Notes under the pieces: generated by a model
Seen by the model: the letters and a program-made list of their open reading frames with translations, nothing else
What the model was told of the DNA's origin: nothing
The model's database searches: none
Program-made: the position numbers and the translations under genes
Assembly: GCA_051294375.1 (NCBI GenBank)
Contig: CM119263.1
Span: forward strand, 27,096,631 to 27,160,630
Origin: Paraspadella gotoi
Lineage: Eukaryota > Animalia > Chaetognatha
DNA: 64,000 nucleotides
Reading direction: 5' to 3'
Shown: one piece after another, positions 25,328 through 53,212 of the stretch
How positions within the stretch are numbered: the first letter of the stretch is position 1
How the letters are laid out: each line of letters begins with the position of its first letter

Positions 25328-28123
25328 CTATGCTAAGTTTTTCAACTCCTTAGTCATCGGTTTTCCAAAGTGAGATTTTGGAATCGCCTCCACGAACCTG
25401 ACGCCTCCGCGCAGCCGATTCAAGACGCTCGTCCGCGCGGCGACGAAAGCTTCGAGTTCGGACGCCATTGTGTCGGAGGCGGCGACGTCCGACTTGAGAA
25501 CAACGAAGGCTCTGGGTTCAACGGCCTCTTTAACGGTGACACCGGCGACGACGCATTCGGCGACTGCGGGGTGCGCCTGAAGGACCGCTTTGATTGTGGC
25601 GGGTGCCACGTGTTGGCTGGGGAATGAAGAAAAGTGGCAAAAAAGCCAAGATAACCAAAGACTGAACGGGATAAAAAATAATGCCCACTTAATCAACCAA
25701 CCCGTCCTTGTACGGAATGAGTTCCTTGATTCTGTCCGTGATAAAGAGATGTCCGTCCAAACTGAAGCGTCCAATATCGCCCGTGTGGAACCATCCGTCC
25801 ACATCAAATACGGACGCAGTCGCTTCGGGAGCGTTCAAGTAGCCCTTCATTACTGAAGGACTACGAACGCAGACTTCGCCCTCGCTAGTCGAAGGAAGGT
25901 CCGATCCCGTGGAAGGATCCACGATCTTTGATAATCGGAAGCGGGAAAATGAAAATATTTATAAAAAGGATACTTGCAATATTATAGTCTTGTAAGAACT
26001 ATTGAGCCTTTAATCCACCATGAATCTGCTTCGAAGTGGAGAGGAAATAAATCAACTTTATTGAATGAATGGAAAGTTTATATTTTGTTGTTAAATTAAT
26101 TTCTTTTACCTTCATTTCAACATTCGGAAAAGGAATTCCCGAAGATCCTTTCCGTCTCGCTCTCTCGTCACTTGGCGTCCTGGTGATTAGCAACACCTAA
26201 AAAAAAAAAATTCATTGGAACCGTTTAGTACGGTCGAGTCATGTCACGTCACTCAACATTGTTACGTCAATCTCGCCTCAGTGAGTCCATAGATTTGATA
26301 TATATCGGAGATTTCGGTTCGATCGCGAAACGCGTTTTCGACTTCCGCCGAGAGAATGGCGCCGCCGGTCATAATCGTCCGGACTGAAGACAAATCCGGC
26401 GCCGGGGAGACGAGGCCCTTGGCGATCGAGGTAACGTGCCAACCGATCAGGAACACGACCCTGTTGGGTTGGGCCATATTTTCATAAAGTGCCCGACTTA
26501 AATTAATCTTAAATTTAGAATTTAAAAAGTTTTAAAATTCAAAGATTAGGTTATGGGCTCAAGAAAGATTAAAGTTAAACTTAAAGGCTAGGTTAGGAAT
26601 TTGGTTAAAGATTAAATTTATGATTTGGGTTAGGGTTAAAAGATAAGGTTAAGGACTGAGGTTGAGTATTTATTAAGAGGGCTAAAAGTCAGTTTATAGG
26701 TTAGGAACAATAATGAAACGCTCTCGAAAAATACAAATTTAAATTCGGCACAGAATAAGAGCTCGTATTAAGAAAAATAAAAAAAAATGGTTAATTCAAC
26801 GCTGCGGCGACACGCCCTAAAAAAATTCTCCTCATACCCATCTTAGAAATTTACTTCATGCGGTAATCGCTAATTAGCTTCAAATCTCTCGCGACGTCGA
26901 AATCCGAGACGACAACGACGTTCGCCCGTCGCAGAGGAAATTTCATGGAAGCTAATTGCAGCCCTCCCACGTGGGCCATGGGAGCCTGACACATGGTCGC
27001 GTCTCCGGGTTCCATGTCGGCGAATCCCTCGTGCAACTGTTGCAACAGGTTGGCCACGATGGCGCGGTGCGTGTGGACGATCCCCTTGGGCGATCCGGTG
27101 GTGCCGCTGCTGCTCTGCACGATCGCCGCGTCGTCGGCGGAGATTTTCGGCGGGCCGAGAAAGGCGGAGCCGTCGTCGGCGGAGAGGAAGGCGAACGGGA
27201 TCGCATCTGTTGGTAGACCCAAAAATCGACAATTGTTCGAACCTCTTGAACTCATTCATAAAGTCCTCCTCGTTCTCTCTCTTCTTTTTGCTTCTTCTCT
27301 TTTTATCTCTCTTGTCTTATCTTATCTTGTCTTTTCTCTACTTTATTTTCTCTTCTCTTCTCTTTTCTTCTCTTCACTCACCATCGTTCTTCCCTCCGAC
27401 CTCGACGTCAAACACTATAAGCGTCTCTATCTGATCCGATTGGCAAAAGGCCTGTCTCGCCGTCTCCAAGTAATTCGAGGAACAGGCGATCACTTTGGCG
27501 CCTTTTTCTTCCGCCTGACGCTTTAATTCCGCGACATCGAGCGAAGTGTAGACCGGTGCGAAGACGCCGCCCAGCGCTAACGTGGCGAAGCAGGTTATCG
27601 CGTATTCCACGCAGTTGGTCGAGATCACCGTCAAACCGTCTTCCTTTTTAAAATGTGTGGTTAATCAGTTATTAATGGGCTGAGACTCATAGATTAAAAT
27701 TTTAGAATGGAATTCATAAACCACGCCTACGTTACTTCGTTGATAGCTTCACATATCTTCTCTTGATTCAATTTATTAATATATTAATAATATTATTAAA
27801 TCATCATAAAAAATTATTTCGATTTTAAAATTATTCACTCATCTAAATGCTTAGAACAATTTGCTACTCACCTTTCCAAACCCCCTCTTGGCCAACGCGC
27901 TGGCAACCCTCTCTGCCAAATCGACGATCCTCTTCGCGCTGAAGATCTCGCCGCTCGACGCGGATGTAAAAAGAATGTCCTCCGGATGTTGAAGAAAGCG
28001 TGACTTGATGAAAGTGAAGACGTCGACGGTCGGGATGTCCACGTCTGAAAACGGCGATCGAACCACGGTGGGTGCGGAGGCTGTTGGCGCCGGAGAGGCG
28101 GATGTTTTTGCGTAGGTTTCCAT
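25328..28123 (-). CDS. ANL-superfamily adenylate-forming enzyme, 4-coumarate-CoA ligase / firefly-luciferase-like acyl-CoA synthetase, 7 exons, ~549 aa
   Basis: Exons: 27872-28123, 27382-27643, 26855-27206, 26277-26460, 26110-26196, 25702-25925, 25328-25616 (sum 1650 nt, in frame with one GC donor). Motifs SSGTTGSPKG (P-loop), YGLTE, GEVCVRSPSVMKGY, GWFHTGDIG, DRIKELI, HPAVAECVV, PKSHFGK (catalytic Lys). Confidence 0.92.
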
Positions 28124-28333
28124 GGAGACGGAAAACTCGAGTTTTAAACGGGGGAAAATTAAAAGTGATCCTTTTTTTAAACGATGTTCCGTTCTACCTT
28201 ATGCTTTTTTGAAAGCTCTTAAAATGAATCTGGAACAACTGGTTCGTGAACTTCGAACTCCTTTTAATGTACGTAGCTCAAGGAAAAGACGAGTGCTGAA
28301 GAAAACCTGAACTCGTTGAGTCGTAGAATCTAC

Positions 28334-29158
28334 TAAGGCGGAACAGGTTACAAACTAACAGAAGTCCGGTATAAATATTATTAATGTGTTTATTAAAGAT
28401 CGTGAAAATATAAAAAAAATAAGATTTATCTTATAGTTAAACGCATGGAAGCTATTTTATATTGTAGTCGGGCATTGCATAAGTTCACCTATAAGCATTT
28501 AAGCATGATACCTTCAGTCGTGACCTAGTGGCTCATGACCACAAGGTACTACGGCGGGCCAAAATTGAACACTTTTTATAACTTCAAGTTCTATCAAAAA
28601 AATTTATTTTTTCCTTCTATTACTAAATCGATTTTCAATGCAACTTGTTGAATTAGTGCATTGGGTTGTTGCAATGAAGCTTTTAAATAATTATTAATAT
28701 ATAACAATTAACAAAAATTTTTTATAAAAATTGTATTTTTTTAAGAACGGATTCCTATAGAGCTTGAAAGGTTAGATGAAGGTGAGTACTACAATTTTTT
28801 TTAAATTTTGACAACAAATTGGTTAAAAATAGAAAAAACCTTAAAAAATCATCATCATCATAATCATTAGCTGAATTTTATAGTTTTTTAAAATTTTCAT
28901 CAATAAAACAAAAAAAATTAAAAAATTTGTATTAATAACCTTTATCTAACTTTTAAAGCTCTATCAGAATCTATTAAAAAAAAAATTAATAACCAGTAAG
29001 GCGGGCCAGAATTTAACATTTTTTACAATATTAAAGTATTTTGATAATATAAAATAGCTTCCATGCCTTTAAATATAAGATAAATCTTAAATTCTTTAAT
29101 AAACATATTAAAAATATTCATACCGGACTTTTGATAGTTTGTAACCTGTTCCACCTTA
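28334..29158. mobile_element. Cluster of the same hAT-like family: inverted end fragment (28334-~28400), truncated copy (28550-~28985), short internally deleted copy (28997-29158)
   Basis: Shared termini TAAGGCGG(G/A) and internal blocks such as GGCCAAAATTGAACACT and GCTCTATCAGAATCTAT. Confidence 0.7.
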
Positions 29159-29166
29159 CTGGTTAT

Positions 29167-29715
29167 TAAAGTCGGCCAAAATTGAACACTCTTTATAATT
29201 TCTAGTTCTCTCAAAAAAAATTTTTTTTCTTCTACTACTAAATCGATTTTCAATGCAACTTTTTAAATTAGTTTATTGGGTTGTTGTACTGAAGCTTTTA
29301 AATATTTTTTAATATATAACAAATGCCAAAAAAATTGTTTTTAAATTTTATTTTTTAAGAACGGATTTATTTAGAACTTGAAAAGTTAAACGAAAGTTAG
29401 TACTACAATTTTTTTTAAATTTTGACAATAAATTGGTTAAAAATAAAAAAACCTTAAAAAAGAATCATCATTGGCTGAATTTTATAGTTTTTTAAAATTT
29501 TCATTGATAAAATAAAAAAATTTTAAAAGTTGTATTAATAACCTTTATCTAATTTTTAAAGCTCTATCAAAATCTATTAAAAAAATTTAAAAAATTTATA
29601 TAATAATAAAATAATCTTTAAATGCTTCCGTGCGCTTATAAATAAGCTAAATTTTAAATATTATTAACCATTATTTATTTGAGAGAACTTCTAGTTATCA
29701 ACCTGTTCCGGCCTA
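29167..29715 (+). mobile_element. Non-autonomous hAT-like DNA transposon, 8-bp TSD CTGGTTAT
   Basis: Imperfect TIRs TAAAGTCGGCC... and ...TTCCGGCCTA; CTGGTTAT at 29159-29166 and 29716-29723; body similar to 28550-28985 and 51047-51907. Confidence 0.8.
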
Positions 29716-30292
29716 CTGGTTATGCAGTAATTGATATATTACTGAATACTTATTGCATTTTTCAACATTGAATAATAATAGTTACTCTATCAACGAAGAA
29801 AGTAGGCGTGGTTTATTTAGGAGAAGTTAGAGAAGTTTTATTTACACAAATAAACGAGAAGATAATAATAATTGAGGGAGATTATAATGATTCAAACGGT
29901 GGTTTAAAATATCAAGAAAATAGTTCATGAACTTGGGAATTTTGATGTTAGTTTCCTGAGGGTAAGTTGAAGACTGCCTCGTTTCCTCTCTCATCTCTCT
30001 CCTGTCGATTCCGTGAGAAAACCCACCTTTCTGATTGGTCAAGAGAGAAGAAAAGGCAGAAAAGCCAAACGAGACAAACGAGACAAGCGAAACAAGCTCC
30101 AAAATCAGTATAATGTCAATGTCAGAGAGAATTTGTTTATGTCAATGTCTAATATCTTTCTGTCTCTCTCTCTCTCCCTTTCTCCCTTTCACCATTTAAT
30201 TTCTTTTCACAATCTAACTCAATCTGTCCTCACCTTAACCTGTCCTCAAATCTGACCACTCTTCTTTTCTAAACTCTTTTTGGAAACTTTGG

Positions 30293-30357
<65 letters not shown>

Positions 30358-30393
30358 CTTTTGCACAAAAATAATTTCAAAATTCACAAAACA

Positions 30394-30453
30394 ATTTGTT
30401 AACGCTGAAGAAGGCTTGTATGCAAGCCGAAACATGTACGTTTTAATACAAAT
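30394..30453 (+). ncRNA. Minimal type I hammerhead ribozyme (Penelope-like element / retrozyme type), intact core
   Basis: CTGAAGA at 30405; stem II GGCTTG-TATG-CAAGCC; GAAA; palindromic ACATGT mini-helix III; GUA cleavage triplet ending 30438. Helix I AACG/CGTT plus distal ATTTGT/ACAAAT; AATAAA downstream. Confidence 0.8.
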
Positions 30454-31519
30454 AAAGTCGTTGTAGAAAAACATTAAAAACTTCTTCCAATACGCAACCA
30501 CAATGAAAAGAAAGGAAATTCACGAGGTCAATGTCATAAAAAAGAAAATGTAATGGAATGGAAATTTAAATTTTAAAAGGCAGTTGAAAAGGTCAGGCAG
30601 AAGTGACCGAGAGGGAAATCACGCCTCTCGGTGAGTGTGGATAGCCCCCACACTTAATGTGCACATTTGGTCTGGGCGATTTTTCCGTCAGTTGCCTTGC
30701 TTTCCAGAACTTCGGATCCGGCGGTAGACTTGCTACCGGTGGTTTAATCGGCCCGTCACTCTTTTTACAAGGTCTGTCCCGACCAGAGATAGAACCCGTG
30801 ACCATTGGGTTCGGAGATGAAGGGATAGCCTCGGGCGCTATTACGGTGCTGATGGAAGGAACAGTCGTTTCCAACGGGTAGTGATATTACATCCCTACAA
30901 AGTCTCGCTTTCTCTTAATTCGAGCGTTTTGTCAATTATTTTAAGGACAATATTTTCTCGCGAAAACTCGGGACGTACTTTTTATATTCGTTTAAATGAC
31001 CAAAGCAGAAACAATAATTTAAAAACAAGTCCTCCCCTTCTGAAATCAAATGCTTAACATCCAATAACGAATGCAGCACCATTATGGAATTAAAAGGCTG
31101 CCGCCGCCGCCGCCGCCGCCTCTCCGCCGCCGCCGCCGCTGCCGAAAGCAACCATCGTTGTGGGGGGGAGAGGATTTTATCGACGCGGAGATCGCCCGGG
31201 CTCAGGAAATGCAGCATTCGCAGAAAAAATTGGGTAAAAGAGACGAAACTCAAACTGGGTTTTGTCCGCGACCTAATTCCGTGGTTTAGCCCATTGGCGT
31301 TGCAGCTTCACTATCTTGAGCAAATTCGAGTTTTCGGTTTTTATTTATTTTCCGAGTCAAATTAAGTCAAAAAGTTATGAAAGGTAAATTTTGTTCAGTA
31401 AACTCGACACCGGGAATTTTTAAAATGGTAAATTATTCTTGGTTTTTGATTTAAGAAAAAGTTTAAAGATTATAAAAAACGAGGGCAGGGAAGTTAAAAC
31501 TTTTTTCTACCTCTTTTTT

Positions 31520-31564
<45 letters not shown>

Positions 31565-32370
31565 TCTCCCACTCATCTTCCAATATTCCGGTTCGCGAGA
31601 TAAATTTCGCTGCGCAGCGCAGGACGTCAGACCACGCCATCCGCTGAGCCGTCTCTGTGACAAGCGGCATTCGGCCGGCCGGCCCGCCGCCGCCGCCGCC
31701 GCCCACCACGCTCTTCCTTATCCTTCATCTTTGCTGACAGTAACTTCTTATCCGGCGCGGGGCTTCAGTGAAAACCCCGTCATTGGCTGCCACCGGGTCG
31801 ATAGCGAGTCAAACAACAAGAGTGGTGGTGGTGAAATCGAGAGAGTAGGTGATGGAGCGTGAGGGACACTCGGTCCCTCTCCCCGCGTCTCTGGAGACCC
31901 TCGCCCTCGTAATGGAATGCCCCGTTTTTCCTTCCATCCCCGGAGAAAAGACCCAAAATCTATAATTCTCGGGCGGAGAGAAAACGAAAAAACAAATGTC
32001 ACGGGTTGGAAAATCGAACGAATTTGAAAGATTTAATTTTAAGGATGGAATGGAATCATGAAACAGGGCGGATAAAAGTTATTGCAAAATATTGCCGAAA
32101 TTTCCGCAATGTGCACGATCGGTTTGATTGTATTGACCGTCGTCGTTTCTTTTGTGAAGTGCGAAAAGTTTTTTACGGATATAATTTTAACTTTAAATAA
32201 AGTATTGATGTTAATTACTTGAAGGTAAGTTTAAGACTGTTTACGTTCTCTCTATCATATCTCAGCCGTCGGTTTTCTTGAGGGAAGCCTCCTCTCTGAT
32301 TGGTCCATCAGAAGATAAAACGGAGAAGTCGAGAGAGGCAAGCTACTTTACCAATCAGATCCATTTTAAA

Positions 32371-32905
32371 TAGGGGTAGCCGCACTCAATAGGGTGAGTC
32401 AAAAATTTAGAGTGAGTACATGCTCAAACGAATATTTGGACATTTTTAAGAATACTTTCAATGGACAAAAAATTTCTAATATGGCTCTATACCCTAGTAA
32501 TTAATTTTTTAATATTTATTTATAGATAGGAAAGGCCAAAAAATTTTTTTTGAATTTTTAAATTTTAAGACCAGATTCAGATAGCTCATAAAAAGTTGTC
32601 TACACAAAGTATGATTCTTTTTTAAAAATTTTTACGATAAGTGTGTCAAAAATAAGAAAAACTATTAAAAATCATCATCATCATCATCTTTCGATGATTT
32701 TATCAGTTTTTTTATATTTTCACTTAGAAAACGTAAGAATTTTTAAAAGCTGTAATTATATTTCTTGTTTAACTTTTTATGCTCTATCAGAATCCATCAA
32801 AAAATTTTAAGATTTTAAAAAAATATTTTTTGCTCTATATAGTAATATAATATTTTTAATTAGGCGAGTACCCTCAGAAGAAAGCATTTTTGACAAAAAA
32901 TATTT
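32371..32905 (+). mobile_element. Related AT-rich DNA-transposon relic (second subfamily, TAGGGG terminus)
   Basis: Similar to 61300-61748 (inverted) and ~430-850; shared blocks TGCTCAAACG, AAAAGTTGTCTACACAAAGTAT, GCTCTATCAGAATCCATC, GTACCCTCAGAAGAAA. Confidence 0.6.
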
Positions 32906-33321
32906 TAATACCATAATCTATGGTCATGATAGATTATTTTAACGCTGTATACATTAGCATTTAAATTTCATCGGCTATGGCTATTTTAAAGCCCTCTTTG
33001 ATATTTTATTTTCTCTTTTTGTATATCCTCATTTTCTAACCAAAATATCATGTTTGTTTTGGCCGTTAACGATTCCCCTAGATCGTTATCTTCTAAAGTA
33101 TATTCATTCAATTTTCGGCTCCTAATTGTTTGTTTTACGACTATTTTTGCCTTTTTTTTCGGGTTAAGGCGGCAATGATTCGCTTTTGTCGAGGAGCTTC
33201 GTCGCTTGGCAACGAAAAGAGTTTGTTGCTCTTTTCTTTTCCAGTGTTTTGGATTCAACGATAAACATTTCTCTCGATTCGCTTTCGCGTTGAAAGCAGC
33301 CTGGCGAACTTAGTACCGATG

Positions 33322-42957
<9,636 letters not shown>

Positions 42958-43559
42958 GACAAAATCAAACAACAAAATCAAATCAAAAATCAAATCAAAA
43001 ACATTGTCATTCTTTACTGTTGGAAAATAAACCATTCTCGGATGCTAAATATTTTTGTAAAAATTCCTGGCCATNNNNNNNNNNNNNNNNNNNNNNNNNC
43101 TGCCACAAGGTCATATTTTTTTTGAAGAGAGTATATGATTATCATTATCATTATTATTTCATGTAGAATCACAACGTCTATGGCCTAATCAGGATGCCTG
43201 ACCAAAATTAACGGAGAAAGTCCATAATAACTAAAGAAAATTAACCACGAAAAAGAAGAAAATAACTTGACCTGATTTACTTTGAAAACATTTTCATATA
43301 TAAATTTTGAATGCGATATACTTTTGCCAATATTTATTTAAAAAAGAGGGTTGAAAATATGTGTAGCTTTAAATTCAACGCCGACAAACTCTGATGGAAG
43401 CAACAGGAAATCATCGCCACGTCGACGATGACGTCATCTCCTGGAATCGAAACCGCCGCGGGAGACGAAAATGACGCCGATCCACGGGGCGTCGAAGCGC
43501 CGTAGAGAGCCTGGAAAAGCGGCGTCACTCTCTTTTGTACAAACGCGCGCCGATTGAGC

Positions 43560-50150
<6,591 letters not shown>

Positions 50151-51197
50151 TCTTTTTCTTTTTTTTTTTTTTTTTTTTTGCCTCGACTTCGCTCAAGTGA
50201 ACAGCGGGAGATTTTGAATAAATCAACTCGCCCAAATCTTTTTCAATTACATCCGGGTTGGGGGGGGGTGAAATTTGGAAAAAAACAAAGATCCAGAAGT
50301 ATACTGAAAATAAATCATCGAAAAAAAGGATAAAAAAAAGGAGAGCAAGAAATGACGAGCCTGAATTATGAAGAAGCAAATAAATCTCCGGATCGCTCCA
50401 CTTTGGCGCCCGGCGGGTCTTCTTTTGCGCTTCTTCCCGTTCGGTCGCGCTTTTTTGCGCTCGGAATGGCGCCGGGCGCGGCGGGCGCGGGTCCAACGTC
50501 TCTCCCGGCGCCGTTTCGATTCCGGCGTCGATTTTACGCTCACGGTCGCAGATTGAATTTTTATGGTCGTGCATATTTTTTTTTCTCTAAGTGTACCACA
50601 TTCCAAATTAGAAAGTAGAACGGATTATGGTTTATCCAATAATATACTTAATACTATTAAAATCTATATCTGTGATTAGAGGTCCATAGAGTTTCTCGAC
50701 TGCAGTTTGAGGGTATCTAAAGGAGTCGAATCGTTCGTTCGTCAATGTTTATGATACAAAAGTAGGTCTGACTCTTAGTGTGTTTTAGGTTTTTAGACAG
50801 ATCTGCTTATCAGCAGATTCCGACTCTATAAGACGCTGAGACACATCACGCTTAATTTGCTTCCCACCCTACTTATGATCATTTTTACTTCACTCGTCGC
50901 CATATTTGATTTATAATCTTTTCGCTATATTTGTCGTTTGGTACTCGGAGACCTAAGGTACTGTCTCCATGAGTGTCAACAGCACACAAGAAGGGCAATA
51001 GGATAAAATTTATGAAAACTTTTTTAGATAGGTGTCTCATGATTAGTAAGGCGGGCCAAAATTGAACACTTTTTATAACTTCTAATTCTCTCAAAAAAAT
51101 TTCTTTTTTCCTTCTATTACTAAATCGATTTTCAATGCAACTTTTTGAATTAGTTCATAGGGTTGTTGCACTGAAGCTTTTAAATATTTATTAATAT

Positions 51198-51334
51198 GAA
51201 ATTGGTACAACCAATATAAAAATTATCCATTCATTTAATAAATAAGCTATCTTGCCCCTGACTTTGGACAGGCTTTGGTGGTTTAAGGCCTCCATCACTC
51301 TTACAAGATAATGACATAGCAGGTCCCTGCAAGC
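51198..51334 (-). mobile_element. Retroposon copy nested in a hAT-like element, 6-bp TSD TAATAT
   Basis: Reverse complement of ~5323-5459; TAATAT on both sides. The uninterrupted host copy near 28690 reads TTATTAATATATAAC. Confidence 0.85.
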
Positions 51335-51655
51335 TAATATATAACAAATGACCAAAATTTTTTTTAAAAAAAATTATTTTTTAAGAACGGATTCTTATAG
51401 AGCTTGAAAAGTTAAATGAAAGTTAGTACTACAATTTTTTAAAATTTTGACAAGAAATTGGTTAAAAACAACAAAAAAACGTTAAAAAATCATCATCATC
51501 ATCATTGGCTGAATTTTATAGTTTTTAAAATTTTAAAATTTTTATCAATAAAACAAAAAAATTAAAAAAATTTATATTAATAACCTTTATCTAACTTTTA
51601 AAGCTCTATCAGAATCTATCAAAAAAAAATTGAAAAATTCAAAAAAAAATTTTAA

Positions 51656-51765
51656 CTTGTAAGAGTGATGGAGGCCTTAAACCACCAAAGCCTGTCCAAA
51701 GTCAGGGGCAAGATAGCTTATTTATTAAATGAATGGATAATTTTTATATTGGTTGTACCAATTTC
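51656..51765 (+). mobile_element. Second retroposon copy nested in the same hAT-like element
   Basis: CTTGTAAGAGTGATGG...CCAATTTC identical to the 5222-5459 copy; same 3' end, different 5' truncation. Confidence 0.8.
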
Positions 51766-52244
51766 ATAGTAATAAAATAATCTTTAAAGGCTTCCGTGCG
51801 CTTATTAATGAAATAATTTTTTAAAATTATTTTTATTTTCATATTCTTTAACAGTCTCTTTACCAATATTTATTTGAGAGAACTTCTAGTTTACCTGTTC
51901 CGGCCTAATGATTAGAGCTTTAATTTGAAACCATACCCACCTTTCTATCTAAATTTATTCTATTGGCACAATACCTAAATTTCAAAATAAAACCAAAGTT
52001 TTCATCATCGGGAGACATATCACTTTCAGTTGTCACCATCGTCTTATTCATTTATGGCTTATGATTTAAGAAATCAGAGAAACGAGGTATCTAGTCCAAA
52101 TTTAGACTTTTAGCAGCAGTCATTTTACTGTATCATTCTAGCCGAAAAAATATTTTGCATGCATTTGTCCAGCATAACTGTCAGGTAGGAATGGCTTGTT
52201 AGTACAAATGGTCAGACAAAGTAAATTCAATGACCGATAATTAT

Positions 52245-53075
52245 TTTAGTCGGATCTGCTTATCAGCAGATTCCGACTCTATAATTCACTTTGTTGGTCC
52301 GTCGGTTCCACCCCTAAAACCTTGTCGGTAAATCATTTTTATCACATGAGAACATCATATTATGCTAAATTAAGCAACAAAAAAAATGATGTCCGTCCAT
52401 CGGTCCGTCTGTCCGTCCGTCCCCCTTAGCAACAAAACTACAATTACTCGTGATTGGATAGATGGATTAGAATGAAATTTTGTTTATGGTTAGGAAAGTG
52501 TATGATTGAGCACTGAGCACAATATAAAGTTTTGATGGAATCGAGGAGTAGAAATAAGTTTGCATGGAAAAAACCTAAGTCAAGTTGACTTGAATTTTTA
52601 TTATTTATGCTTACTCATGAATGTTTTAATTAATTAATTAATTAATTGCAGGTTAAAAAAATGCTGGGGCTATAGTTAAAAGAATTATGCAAGTTGAAAA
52701 AATTATGCGAGTTGAAAAAAATTATGCAAGTTGAAAAAATTATTCAAGTTGTAAAATGATGTAAGTTGAAAATGCTGCCAGTTGAAAAAATGATATGAAT
52801 ATAAAAATGATGCAAATTAAAAAATAATGCAAATTAAAAAAATTATGCGAATAGAAAAAAAAATTTTCATAAATTTATTTTAAAAATAATTTTGCTGTCA
52901 ATATCAATATACTTGGAATTTTTGGTTTTATGATCTGTTACTATGATTGTGTTCCGATCTGTTGTAATATGTTATGATGACAAATTAAAAGACTCATCAT
53001 GACTTATAATCTGATTACCTTCTTACCACTAAATTATTGTAGGCAGATCCGACACTGGTTGCTCAAAACCTGTTT
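52245..53075 (+). mobile_element. Helentron-associated non-autonomous element (HINE/DINE-1-like)
   Basis: 5' subTIR GTCGGATCTGC (52249) with nearby partial inverse GCAGATTCCGAC; 3' subTIR GCAGATCCGAC (53043) followed by a short hairpin; (GTCY)n tract at ~52391-52421; internal ~19-bp tandem repeats at 52680-52860; T-rich flanks. Related 5' fragments at ~50800-50831 and ~60648-60770. Confidence 0.7.
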
Positions 53076-53212
53076 ATATTTATGATGATCTAATGGTAGT
53101 TTCCTTTGTTGTTGTTATGACTTAATGATGGATGAGGATCAGGAGGATTTGAAAAAGATTTTCCTTAATTTTTTACAACATTCCAATTATCTTGCAAAAT
53201 TATTTAACGTGT

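Larger units (their letters stand above)
51047..51907 (+). mobile_element. Non-autonomous hAT-like DNA transposon, 8-bp TSD ATGATTAG, carrying two retroposon insertions
   Basis: TAAGGCGGGCC...TTCCGGCCTA; ATGATTAG at 51039-51046 and 51908-51915. Confidence 0.85.

Noticed and set aside
30593-30881. 93-aa (-) and 74-aa (+) ORFs with exon-like GC content
   Set aside because: No recognisable domain; the minus-strand acceptor leads to stops in all frames.
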